From: Candidatus Multivoradales bacterium
GTDB taxonomy: Bacteria > Acidobacteriota > Thermoanaerobaculia > Multivoradales > Multivoraceae
Direction: 5' to 3'
DNA: 64,000 nt
Assembly (NCBI GenBank): GCA_965223325.1
Contig: CBDCWI010000002.1
Location: 4,192,001-4,256,000 of the forward strand
Position numbers and translations under genes: made by a program. The notes under the pieces were generated by a model, which saw only the letters and a program-made list of their open reading frames with translations, was not told the origin of the DNA and ran no database searches. Below, in pieces: positions 1 through 9,450 of the stretch (within the stretch, counting starts at the first letter, position 1; the number at the start of each line of letters is the position of its first letter).

Positions 1-129
1 CGAAAACATCAATCCGGGTCGGGGGGGGAAGCGATCCTCATGGTCATGGCCGCCCGAATCGGGTGGACTGCCTGGTACGGTCGCCAGATCCCACCAACTC
101 ATCGCCTGGGCGAGAAGGAATGAGGCTCG

Positions 130-1008
130 ATGAGCGAGTTCAAGGACAAGGTCGTGGTGATCACTGGTGCCGGCGGAGGTCTCGGCAGGGCGCACGCCCT
201 CGAGTTTGCACGCCGCGGAGCGAAGGTCTTAGTCAACGACCTCGGCGGCAGTGGCGATGGAACCGGTGCGAGTGACATGGCCGATGACGTCGTCGACGAG
301 ATCAAGCAAGCGGGAGGCGTTGCAATCGCCAACAAGGCGTCGGTCGCGGATCGTGCCGGGGCGAAGTCGATCATCGACGATGCGGTGGCGGAGTTCGGGA
401 CAGTCGACATCCTGGTCAACAACGCCGGCATTCTGCGCGACAAGACCTTCAAGAAGCTCGATCTCGACGACTGGGATCTGCTCATCAACGTGCACCTGAA
501 CGGCACCGCCTACGTGACCCATGCCGCGTGGCCGATCATGTACGAGAAGCGCTACGGCCGCATCGTGATGACCAGTTCGACTTCGGGGATCTACGGCAAC
601 TTCGGTCAGGCGAACTACGGCGCGGCCAAGATGGGCATGCTCGGGCTGATCAACGTTCTGGCCATCGAAGGAGCCGGCAAGAACGTTTGCGTCAACGGTC
701 TCGCTCCGGCGGCCGCGACGCGCCTGATCGCGACGATTCCGGGTCGCGAAGACCTCGACCATTCGAATCCTCCACCCGAAGTGCATCCGAAGCTCGTTAC
801 GCCGGCGGTCCTCCTCCTGTGTGGCGACGATGCGCCAACCGGCACGACGATCCAGGCCGGTGGGGGGCGCTTCTCGACCTGCGCGGTGTTCAACAACGAC
901 GACGTTGACCTGGGGGTCGACGCGACCTACGAGGGGCTGCTGGCGAAGCGCGAACAGCTGCTCGACATGAGCGGTGCCCAACAAGGGTGGAACCGCACGC
1001 GCAACTGA
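130..1008 (+). CDS. SDR family oxidoreductase (MFE-2-like 3-hydroxyacyl-CoA dehydrogenase)
   Basis: TGAGGGLG Rossmann motif, NNAGILRD, GNFGQANYGAAK (YxxxK). Confidence 0.9.
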   Translation: MSEFKDKVVVITGAGGGLGRAHALEFARRGAKVLVNDLGGSGDGTGASDMADDVVDEIKQAGGVAIANKASVADRAGAKSIIDDAVAEFGTVDILVNNAGILRDKTFKKLDLDDWDLLINVHLNGTAYVTHAAWPIMYEKRYGRIVMTSSTSGIYGNFGQANYGAAKMGMLGLINVLAIEGAGKNVCVNGLAPAAATRLIATIPGREDLDHSNPPPEVHPKLVTPAVLLLCGDDAPTGTTIQAGGGRFSTCAVFNNDDVDLGVDATYEGLLAKREQLLDMSGAQQGWNRTRN

Positions 1009-1086
1009 ACAGGCCGAGAACATTCTGAGGGCCGCGGTGAACGACACAATGAGAGAACGCCTCACCCCTCGTACGGGGTCGCTTTG

Positions 1087-1548
1087 ATGGTCGAAGAGAA
1101 GTCCATCGCCCATCGGCGGTTTCTCGAGCTGGCCGTGGCCGAGGCGCGGCAGGGGCTCGAAGAAGGCGGCGTGCCGATCGGCTCGATTCTGGTGATCGAC
1201 GGGGAGGTCAAGGGACGGGGCCACAACCGCCGAGTTCAGCGTGGAAGCGTCGTGCTGCACGCCGAGATGGACTGCCTCGAGAACGCCGGTCGCCTGCCGG
1301 CCGCCGCCTACCAGCGTTCGACGCTCTACACGACGCTCTCGCCGTGCGACATGTGCAGTGGGGCGGCTCTGCTCTATGGCATCCCACATATCGTGATTGG
1401 TGAGAACACGACGTTTCGAGGTGCCGAAGATCACCTGCGAGCGCGCGGCGTCGAACTGACTGTGATGCATGACGAGCAGTGCATCGAGTTGATGCGCTCA
1501 TTCATTGAGCGTCAGTCAGAACTCTGGAACGAGGACATCGGCGTCTAG
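1087..1548 (+). CDS. Cytosine/nucleoside deaminase (yeast FCY1-like)
   Basis: HAEMDCLE and SPCDMC zinc motifs, EGGVPIG, WNEDIG C-terminus. Confidence 0.88.
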   Translation: MVEEKSIAHRRFLELAVAEARQGLEEGGVPIGSILVIDGEVKGRGHNRRVQRGSVVLHAEMDCLENAGRLPAAAYQRSTLYTTLSPCDMCSGAALLYGIPHIVIGENTTFRGAEDHLRARGVELTVMHDEQCIELMRSFIERQSELWNEDIGV

Positions 1549-1798
1549 TTGCCGCTCAGGCGTTCCGCCTGACCCCGGGCCGGCTCTCGACTTGGCCTCC
1601 GGATGGTCTCGACCGCCGGAGAATCGGCGAAAGACTGTCGTGACCTGAACCACCCACGGGCCGGTAAACCTCCGATTGCGGAGATAGCCTGCCGTCGTAC
1701 GAGGGCACAGGCCTTGCACCGTCCTTACGATCTGACCCTTGTACCCTGCGGTTCCCACAGCCGGGCCCAGAGGCTCTGAGCATCACCGAGGTTTCTTC

Positions 1799-4700
1799 AT
1801 GTCCTGCCAGCCCTTGTTCCCCCATTCACCCCTCGTGCAGACGCGCCGCGTGCCCCGGCGCATTGTCCGGTTCGTTGTCCTGGCAGCTGGGCTCCTCGGC
1901 GCTGGCCTCCTCTCCCCTGGCCTTCTGTGGGCCCAGGTCGATCCTCCCGCGTTCAGCGTTCCGGGTGGGCACTACGACCAACCCTTCGATCTCTCGATCA
2001 CCGGCAGCGGCGTTGTGCGTTTCACCACCAACGCCTCGACCCCAACGGCTTCGAACGGGTCCGACTTCGCCACCGACCTCGAGATCTCGGAGACGACGGT
2101 AGTGCGCGCGGTGGCCGTCGGCAACGGCGAGGAGAGCATCGTGGTCACCCACACCTATATCTTCCCCGCTGCGGTGGTTTCACAGCCCGATGTCATTCCG
2201 AGCGGCTACCCGGCCTTGTGGGCCGGCTACACCGCCGACTACGGCATGGACCCGGAGGTGACAGCGGTTGATACAGAGCGCGTCGAAGCGGCCCTTCGCG
2301 CTCTTCCCAGCGTGTCGTTGGTGACCGATATCGAGCACCTCTTCGACGACGAGACTGGCATCTATACCAACAGCACCCAGAGCGGGGTGCTCTGGGAGCG
2401 GCCGGTGTCGCTCGAACTTCTGTTTCAGGATGGAACCCGGCATTTCCAGAACGCTGGAGTTCGCATGCAGGGTGGCGGGAGTCGCCGGCCTGATCGCTCT
2501 CCGAAGCACAACTTCCGCCTGCTCTTCAAGGGGGAGTACGGGCCGGCCAAACTGGAGTACCCACTGTTCAACTCAACAGCGGCAGGCGCCAAGGTCACCG
2601 AGAAGTTCGACACCCTCGTTCTGCGTGCGGGTTACAACAACAGTTGGCTGCACTTCAATTTCGCCTCTCAACACTGGGGAAGTGAAGACCAGCGCCTGCA
2701 AGCGCAGTATCTGCGCGACGAAGTCGTGCGGCGACTGCAGCGCGACATGGGCTATCAGAGCGCCCACGGCCGCTACGTCCACCTCTATCTCAACGGTATG
2801 TACTGGGGGCTCTACAACATCGTCGAGCGACCGAGTGCGCCCTTTGCGGCCGATTACTTCGGCGGCGACAAGGAAGACTGGGATGCGCTCAACTCGGGCG
2901 AGGTGATCGATGGCGACCCGGCGGCCTGGGAGGCGACGAAGGCAGCGGCCGACGCTGGCCTGGCCGACACAACGAACTACGCGGCGCTTCAGGAATGGAT
3001 CGACATCGAGAGCTTCAGCGACTACATCATCCTCAATCAGTGGATCGGCAACCACGACTGGTGGTGGCAGAACTGGTACGCCGCGCGGAGGCGCGTGCCG
3101 GGTGCCAAGTGGCGCTTTTTCAATTGGGACAGTGAGCACACACTCGAGGATCCGAACGAGGAGCGTTCGGTGACCTACAGGTACTGGCCGGCGCCGACCG
3201 GGATCTTCGAGAGGTTGCGCGAGAACCCCGAGTTCCTGATGACCTTTGCCGACCGCATCTACCGCCACTTGTGGAATGAGGGAACCCTCGAGAGTGCCGC
3301 CGCGAGCGCGGTCTACTCTGAGATCGCCAGCCGCATCGACCTGGCCATTGTCGCCGAGTCGGCGCGCTGGGGCGACTACCGTCGCGACCTGCACCCGGGC
3401 GAGAAGTCGCAGTTGCTCTACACCCGAGATGAACACTGGGTCGTCGAGCGCGATCGCATCCTGGCCGAGTTCTTTCCCCATCGCACCACCGCCTTGATGG
3501 CGATCTATCGAGAGCAGGGCCTCTATCCGAGTCTCGACGGCCCGGTGATTGAACCCTGGGGCGGAGTCGTCGCTGCCGAGCAGGCGGTGTCGCTTGCCCA
3601 CGAGAACGGGGGCGGCACGCTCTACTACACCCTCGACGGGAGCGATCCGCGTCTCGCCGGCGGCGCGCTTGCACCAGGCGCACTCGAGTACCAGGGCGCC
3701 TTCACCGTCGGTGCCGGGGGCCGAACGGTCAAGGCGCGAGTGCTCCAAGGCGGCGAGTGGAGTGCACTTGCAGCGGCCGGCTTCCTGCCGATCGCTGCGA
3801 CCTCTGTGGTCATCAACGAGATCAACTACAACGGCAGCGAACTCAACGATCCTGGCGACTGGGTAGAACTCCACAACCCGGGTGATCAGGCCGTCGATCT
3901 CTCGGGCTGGTCGTTCAACGATACGAGCGGCACCTTCATCCTGCCAGCGGGCACCGTGCTTTCAGCCGGCGGTTATCTGGTGCTTGCCGAGTCGAGTGCC
4001 GAGTTTGCCTCGGTCCATCCCGGGGTGCCTCACCTGGGAAATCTCCTCTTCGGCTTCTCGGGCGCGGGTGAACGCCTCCAGTTGCGCAACGGTGAGGGTA
4101 CGGTGGTCGATTCGGTGACCTACAGCGACGATGTCCCCTGGCCGACCCTTCCCGACGGCAACGGCCCGACGCTCGAACTGCTCGATGCCGCGAGCGACAA
4201 CGGAGTCGCCGAGAGTTGGTTCGCGTCACTCGACCCCTTCGGCACGCCGGCGGCCGAGAACTCTGTCACTCGTTTCGATCCCTGCGAGGAGCCTCCCCCT
4301 CAACTGATCATCACCGAGATCCACTACAACTCCGCTCTGGCCTTCGAAGTCGGCGACTGGGTCGAGATTGCCAACCCCACGGCTTCGGTCGTCGACCTTT
4401 CCGGTTGGCGCTTCGAGGACGAGGACCACGTCTTTGAGATGGCCGCCGGGGTGAGCCTTGCTCCCGGTGAACTCCTGCTTCTGGTCGAGGACAACGCTGC
4501 CTTCGAAGCGGGCTATGGCGTCCTCGAGCAAGTGGGCGGTGTGTTCGGTTTCGGCCTCAGTGGCGGCGGTGAGCGCATCGCCCTGTCATCGCCGACCGGT
4601 TGCCTGGTCGACGCGGTCGAGTACGACGATGCGCTCCCCTGGCCGCTCGCAGCGGACGGCGGCGGCGCATCGCTCGAGCTGCTCGACTGGTATCTGCCAA

Positions 4701-4843
4701 ATGAGAACCCCTCTTCGTGGCGTGCTTCAACGGTCATGGGCGGCACTCCTGGCGAGGTGAACTCGGTCTTCCAGACGCTCAGCTCGGATGGGTTCGAAAC
4801 CGGTGACCTGAGGCACTGGACCTCGGCCTTCAACGAGCGCTAG
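1799..4843 (+). CDS. Secreted CotH kinase-family protein with Fn3-associated/chitobiase-like domains and two lamin-tail domains
   Basis: Signal peptide; KHNFRL, LYLNGMYWGLYNIVE, GNHDW..QNWY and WDSE CotH motifs; YYTLDGSDP; two INEINYN/ITEIHYN...DWVEL LTD repeats; start uncertain (1739-1836). Confidence 0.85.
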   Translation: MSCQPLFPHSPLVQTRRVPRRIVRFVVLAAGLLGAGLLSPGLLWAQVDPPAFSVPGGHYDQPFDLSITGSGVVRFTTNASTPTASNGSDFATDLEISETTVVRAVAVGNGEESIVVTHTYIFPAAVVSQPDVIPSGYPALWAGYTADYGMDPEVTAVDTERVEAALRALPSVSLVTDIEHLFDDETGIYTNSTQSGVLWERPVSLELLFQDGTRHFQNAGVRMQGGGSRRPDRSPKHNFRLLFKGEYGPAKLEYPLFNSTAAGAKVTEKFDTLVLRAGYNNSWLHFNFASQHWGSEDQRLQAQYLRDEVVRRLQRDMGYQSAHGRYVHLYLNGMYWGLYNIVERPSAPFAADYFGGDKEDWDALNSGEVIDGDPAAWEATKAAADAGLADTTNYAALQEWIDIESFSDYIILNQWIGNHDWWWQNWYAARRRVPGAKWRFFNWDSEHTLEDPNEERSVTYRYWPAPTGIFERLRENPEFLMTFADRIYRHLWNEGTLESAAASAVYSEIASRIDLAIVAESARWGDYRRDLHPGEKSQLLYTRDEHWVVERDRILAEFFPHRTTALMAIYREQGLYPSLDGPVIEPWGGVVAAEQAVSLAHENGGGTLYYTLDGSDPRLAGGALAPGALEYQGAFTVGAGGRTVKARVLQGGEWSALAAAGFLPIAATSVVINEINYNGSELNDPGDWVELHNPGDQAVDLSGWSFNDTSGTFILPAGTVLSAGGYLVLAESSAEFASVHPGVPHLGNLLFGFSGAGERLQLRNGEGTVVDSVTYSDDVPWPTLPDGNGPTLELLDAASDNGVAESWFASLDPFGTPAAENSVTRFDPCEEPPPQLIITEIHYNSALAFEVGDWVEIANPTASVVDLSGWRFEDEDHVFEMAAGVSLAPGELLLLVEDNAAFEAGYGVLEQVGGVFGFGLSGGGERIALSSPTGCLVDAVEYDDALPWPLAADGGGASLELLDWYLPNENPSSWRASTVMGGTPGEVNSVFQTLSSDGFETGDLRHWTSAFNER

Positions 4844-4870
4844 TCGAGGAAGGCCCGCCTGGGCTCTAGC

Positions 4871-5992
4871 TCAGCCAGGAGTCAGGTCGTCGACGATCTT
4901 CTGCAAGGCCTGTTCGCGGCTCGACTCACCGTCGAGGTAGGCCGTCCAATGTTTCCGCACGACGGCTGCGGCCTCGCCCTCCCGTTCGTAGAGCGGAGCG
5001 ATGTCGCCACGGGTCGTATCGCCGTAGGCCTGGTGGTCAGGGTCATAGATGCGGCGCATCGTGTTCTCGGCCTGCACGAACATCACCAGATGCGGAACGT
5101 CATGCAGCCTGCGGTCGTTCTTCTCGACGCCGGCCTCTTCGAGCATCTGGCGGAGTTGGGTGAAGGCGTCTGCGTCGCCGTCCGAGGCGAGGTCGATTAC
5201 GTGGCAGACCTCGTGGAGCACGGTCTCTTCGAGGTCGGAGAACGCGTCGTTCTCGAGTAGCGCGGCGATCGACATCACGACCACCGGGCCGTCTCTGGTG
5301 CGGTAGGTGGTGGCGCCGGGCGGTTGGGTGTCAACGACCAGAGTCAGTGGGATCCTGACGCCTGGGTCTTCGATGCCCAGGGAGTCCAACATGTAGGCCA
5401 GCGCCGTGCGATGTTTTGGCATGAACTCCCGCTCCAGGCGGTCCCGCACTGCTTCGATGCGCGCCTTGCGTTCCGGCCAGTTGTTCTCGAGGACCTCAGG
5501 CCAGACTGCCTCCATGGCCGCAGCCATCGCCTTTCCCGGGCCCCTGATCGGAATCGTGCCGCCGGCGCGACTGGGAATCGATTCGGCCCGCTCGTTGAAC
5601 CAGAGCCCGAACTCTTGCGGTGTCAGAGAGAGCAATCCGGCAAGGTCGAACCGCCAGAAGCCTCCGAAGGTGCCAATTTCCTCCTGTACTGGCATCCAGG
5701 CGTCGACGATGGGGGCCAGTGCCGGATTGGGTTCCGCGATTCCGGCCGCCTGAGCACGAACCCGGAAGTAGAAGTCCGAAAAGGGCTCGACCCTGAGGTC
5801 GACGCGCGAGAGACTCTCTTCGAAGCCGTTCGGTGAGGTTGAGATCGTCGGGCTGGTCTCTTCGGGAGCGCTAGCCAGGCTCCCGCAGCCAGCGGAAAGC
5901 CCGCCGAGAGCGAGACTCGCGAGGAAGAGGGCGCTGGCGACATAGAGACTCGGTGCCGGTTTTCTGCAAGGAGGGGAACTGTCGCTTCGCAT
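4871..5992 (-). CDS. Hypothetical lipoprotein with HExxH motif (possible zinc metallopeptidase)
   Basis: Lipobox-like LSAGC after a hydrophobic stretch; VLHEVCH. Confidence 0.65.
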   Translation of the reverse strand: MRSDSSPPCRKPAPSLYVASALFLASLALGGLSAGCGSLASAPEETSPTISTSPNGFEESLSRVDLRVEPFSDFYFRVRAQAAGIAEPNPALAPIVDAWMPVQEEIGTFGGFWRFDLAGLLSLTPQEFGLWFNERAESIPSRAGGTIPIRGPGKAMAAAMEAVWPEVLENNWPERKARIEAVRDRLEREFMPKHRTALAYMLDSLGIEDPGVRIPLTLVVDTQPPGATTYRTRDGPVVVMSIAALLENDAFSDLEETVLHEVCHVIDLASDGDADAFTQLRQMLEEAGVEKNDRRLHDVPHLVMFVQAENTMRRIYDPDHQAYGDTTRGDIAPLYEREGEAAAVVRKHWTAYLDGESSREQALQKIVDDLTPG

Positions 5993-6117
5993 GGAACTTC
6001 CATTGATCGATCGGTTCTGGGGTCGGTCCGAGAGCCTACCCTTTCGACTGGCGGCGGGCTCCGGTACATTCAGGCGACCCCGCCCCAAACCGTTCAACCG
6101 CCTGCGAGAGCCCAGCC

Positions 6118-7677
6118 ATGACGGATCAGGAGACCCCCGACTACCTCGAGGCCTTTGCTGCGAGCCAACCAGACAAGCCAGCGCTCATCGATGATCGGCC
6201 CGACGGCACGCTTCACCAGTGGACCTACGCGGAGCTCAACCGGCGGGTCAATGTCCTGGCCCATGCCATGCGGCGCGCGGGGATCGAGGCCGGTTCAACG
6301 ATCCTCTGGTGCGGTCAGAACTCACCTGAGGTGGTGCGTATGGTCCAGGCGGCAAGAAAGAGCGGTGTCACCGCCGTGCCGGTCAACTATCGGTTGTCGC
6401 CAGAAGAAGCGGCCTACGTCGTCGACAACTCCGATGCCACCTTTGCCTGGATCGATGCCGAGTTCGTCTCGCTCTTCGAGAGCATCAGGAGCGCGACGCC
6501 CAAGCTCGAGCGCACGGTGGTCTTCGATGGCGAGCCCGGCGTTGGAATGGAAGGAGCCGAGGACTTTCTCGCCGCTTCGAGTGACGAGAACCCCGCGAAG
6601 GTCGACGTCGAGCCGCGAACGATGATCTACACCTCGGGAACGACCGGGCAACCCAAGGGCGCGGTGCGCACGGGTCAAGGCAACCCCGAACAGCTGGGCG
6701 CGATGATCGCGCTCCTCGGCTACCGGCCCGATGAGGTCTACCTGACCACTGGCCCGCTTTATCACTCGGGTCCGGGGGGGTTCATGGGCATCTCCTACCT
6801 GCAAGGCCATACGATCGTCCTGCAGCGTAAGTTCGACCCCGAGGACTGGCTGCGGTTGGTCGATAAGTACAAGGTGACCTGCACCTTCTCGGCTCCGACG
6901 CCAATTCGCATGATCTGCAACGTCGACGAGGCGACGAAGAAGCGCTACGACACTAGCTCCATGCACATCATGGTGGCCAACGCGGCCCCCTGGTCGTTCG
7001 CCCTCAAAGAGGCCTACCTCGCCGATTTCCCAAGCGACTCGCTGTTCGAGGTCTACGGCTCGACCGAAATGGGCGTCAACATGATCCTCGAGCCGAAAGA
7101 CCAGCTGCGCAAGCCTGGTTCGTGCGGCAAACCGGCGCCGCTGCTCGAGGTCAAGCTGATCGACGAGCACGGCAACGAGGTGACCGAGCCGAAAGTACCC
7201 GGCGAGGTGTTCGTCAAGAGCCGCAGCATGTTCGACACGTACCACAAGGCCGAGGACAAGTACGAAGCCGAGCGTCGCGGCGACTTCCATACGGTCGGCG
7301 ACATTGCCTACATCGACGAAGAGGGCTACTACTTCATCTGCGATCGCAAGAAGGACATGATCATCTCGGGCGGCATGAACGTCTACCCAGCCGAGATCGA
7401 AGCCGCCCTCGAACAGCATCCGAAGATCTACGAGGCGGCGGTGTTCGGTATTCCCAGCGAAGAGTGGGGTGAGACCGTACACACGACCGTTGTCGCCAGA
7501 CCCGGTGAAGTCATGAGTGAGGACGAAGTGAAAGCCTTCTCGCGCGAGCACCTGGCGAGCTACAAGGTGCCGCGCTCGATCGCCTTCCTCGATGAGCTTC
7601 CCAAGACCGGCTCGGGCAAGGTCCTGAAGCGCGCCCTGCGCGAGCCTTACTGGGCCGGGCAGGATCGCAACGTCTAG
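6118..7677 (+). CDS. Acyl-CoA synthetase (AMP-binding)
   Basis: YTSGTTGQPKG, YGSTE, TVGD, DRKKDMIISGG, LPKTGSGK. Confidence 0.93.
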   Translation: MTDQETPDYLEAFAASQPDKPALIDDRPDGTLHQWTYAELNRRVNVLAHAMRRAGIEAGSTILWCGQNSPEVVRMVQAARKSGVTAVPVNYRLSPEEAAYVVDNSDATFAWIDAEFVSLFESIRSATPKLERTVVFDGEPGVGMEGAEDFLAASSDENPAKVDVEPRTMIYTSGTTGQPKGAVRTGQGNPEQLGAMIALLGYRPDEVYLTTGPLYHSGPGGFMGISYLQGHTIVLQRKFDPEDWLRLVDKYKVTCTFSAPTPIRMICNVDEATKKRYDTSSMHIMVANAAPWSFALKEAYLADFPSDSLFEVYGSTEMGVNMILEPKDQLRKPGSCGKPAPLLEVKLIDEHGNEVTEPKVPGEVFVKSRSMFDTYHKAEDKYEAERRGDFHTVGDIAYIDEEGYYFICDRKKDMIISGGMNVYPAEIEAALEQHPKIYEAAVFGIPSEEWGETVHTTVVARPGEVMSEDEVKAFSREHLASYKVPRSIAFLDELPKTGSGKVLKRALREPYWAGQDRNV

Positions 7678-7835
7678 TACCCCGTACCATTGAAACGCAC
7701 AGCGTCTGCGCGGTCCTCGCGCTCGATCTCTGTGTTGTCACTCCTCGACAGATCACCAATATGCCTCTGTCGTGACGCCTTGATCTCGAGCACGATCATC
7801 CGCTCAGCCACTATCCGTTTCAATGGTACGGGGTA
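7678..7835. mobile_element. 158-bp MITE-like foldback element flanked by CTAG
   Basis: Perfect 20-bp TIRs TACCCCGTACCATTGAAACG (7678-7697 / 7816-7835); CTAG at 7674-7677 and 7836-7839; imperfect pairing continues inward. Confidence 0.85.
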
Positions 7836-7857
7836 CTAGCCAGTGCCTTAGCGCGCC

Positions 7858-9375
7858 TTACGAAAAACGCTCGCGCAGCTCGCGCTTCAAGATCTTGCCA
7901 ATGCCACTCTTGGGCAGGTCGTCAACGAACTCGACCCGCGACGGGATCTTGAACTTGGTGACTGCCGCCGCCGCAGCCTCCTTGATGTCGTCGGGCTCGG
8001 CGCTCTTGCCGGGCTTGAGTGAAACGACGGCGCAGAGGTCCTCGCCGTAGGTGTCGTGGGGCAGCCCGATGATCGCGCACTCGGCGACGGCGGGATGTTG
8101 GTAGATCGCCTCTTCGATTTCGCGCGGTGAGATGTTCTCACCGCCCTTGATCACCAGGTCCTTTTTGCGATCGGTGATGAAGACGAAGCCATCTTGGTCC
8201 ATATAGCCGATGTCGCCGCTCCTCAGCCAACCCTCGACCAGGGCGGCGGCCGTCGCTTCGGGCTTGTTCCAGTAGCCCTTCATGACATTCGGGCCCTTGA
8301 TGCAGATCTCCCCCCACTCGCCGCGCTGGAGCTCACGGCTCGCGTCGTCGAGGATCGCGACGTCGACTCCCGGGATGGCGCGACCGACTGATCCTGGTCG
8401 GTAGTCTTCGTCGGGTGCGTAGCCGGTGGCCGAAGGAGCACACTCCGACATGCCGTATCCCTCGCGGACTTCGCAATCGAACTCGCGCTCGAACTCGAGG
8501 CGCAACTCGTTGGGGAGCGCGGCGCCCCCAGAGGCAATCTTCTTGAGTGGGCCGGTGTTGTACTTCGCTCTTTCAGGAAAAGTCAGCATGTAGGTCAGCA
8601 TCGTCGGGACCACGGACATGCGCTGGATTTCGTACTTGTCGAGGTGAGAGAAGACGGCTTCCATGTCGAACTTTGGCAACAGAGCCGACACCGAACCCAT
8701 CTTGTAGCCCAGGTTCATCATCAGCACGCCGAACGAATGGCTGAGCGGCAAGACGTGCAGGTTGCGCTCGAAGGGTTCGACGTCGGGGTTCATTCCGGCG
8801 ACCGACAGGGCGTTGCTGAGCATGTTGCCGTGGCTCAGCATGACGCCCTTGGGCTGGCCGGTCGTTCCCGAAGTGTAGAGAAGGAGCGCCAGATCGTCAG
8901 CTGCCCGATCTTCGAGGTGATCGATCGGTAGCGCACCGGCGGCGGCCTCGACCAGTGGCGAGATGTCGGTCGTACCACTTCCCTCGGCGGGTCCAAAGGT
9001 CAACACGCTGAGTCCCTCGATGCCTTCGGCCGCCGCTTTGATGACCGGAGCGAGCACCGGATGGGTGATGACGGTGCGAGCTCCCGAGTCGGCCAGGAGG
9101 TAGGCAACTTCCTTCGGGCCGAGCTGAGGAGTGACCGGGATGATGGTGGCGCCGAGCTTCCAGATCGCCTGAAAGGCGCCCGTGACTTCGGGAGTATTGG
9201 GCATCATCACGACGACCATGTCGCCGATGCCGATTCCGCGGTCGCGAAGGACGGCGGCCAGGGCGGCAGACCACTCGGCCCGCTGGGTATTGGTGAACTC
9301 CTGGCCGGCGAAGTAGAGGGCGGTGTACTCGCCGTACTTCTCCAGGTTGTCGAGCGACAGGCGTCCTACGTTCAT
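7858..9375 (-). CDS. Long-chain fatty acid-CoA ligase
   Basis: YTSGTTGQPKG, GYGMSE, SGDIG, DRKKDLVIKGG, LPKSGIGK. Confidence 0.93.
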   Translation of the reverse strand: MNVGRLSLDNLEKYGEYTALYFAGQEFTNTQRAEWSAALAAVLRDRGIGIGDMVVVMMPNTPEVTGAFQAIWKLGATIIPVTPQLGPKEVAYLLADSGARTVITHPVLAPVIKAAAEGIEGLSVLTFGPAEGSGTTDISPLVEAAAGALPIDHLEDRAADDLALLLYTSGTTGQPKGVMLSHGNMLSNALSVAGMNPDVEPFERNLHVLPLSHSFGVLMMNLGYKMGSVSALLPKFDMEAVFSHLDKYEIQRMSVVPTMLTYMLTFPERAKYNTGPLKKIASGGAALPNELRLEFEREFDCEVREGYGMSECAPSATGYAPDEDYRPGSVGRAIPGVDVAILDDASRELQRGEWGEICIKGPNVMKGYWNKPEATAAALVEGWLRSGDIGYMDQDGFVFITDRKKDLVIKGGENISPREIEEAIYQHPAVAECAIIGLPHDTYGEDLCAVVSLKPGKSAEPDDIKEAAAAAVTKFKIPSRVEFVDDLPKSGIGKILKRELRERFS

Positions 9376-9450
9376 GCTGACTCCGCTGGTGATGAGGCTG
9401 AAAGGGCGCTCCACGATACCGCGACTTCGAGAGTGGTCGGTGGCGGGGAA

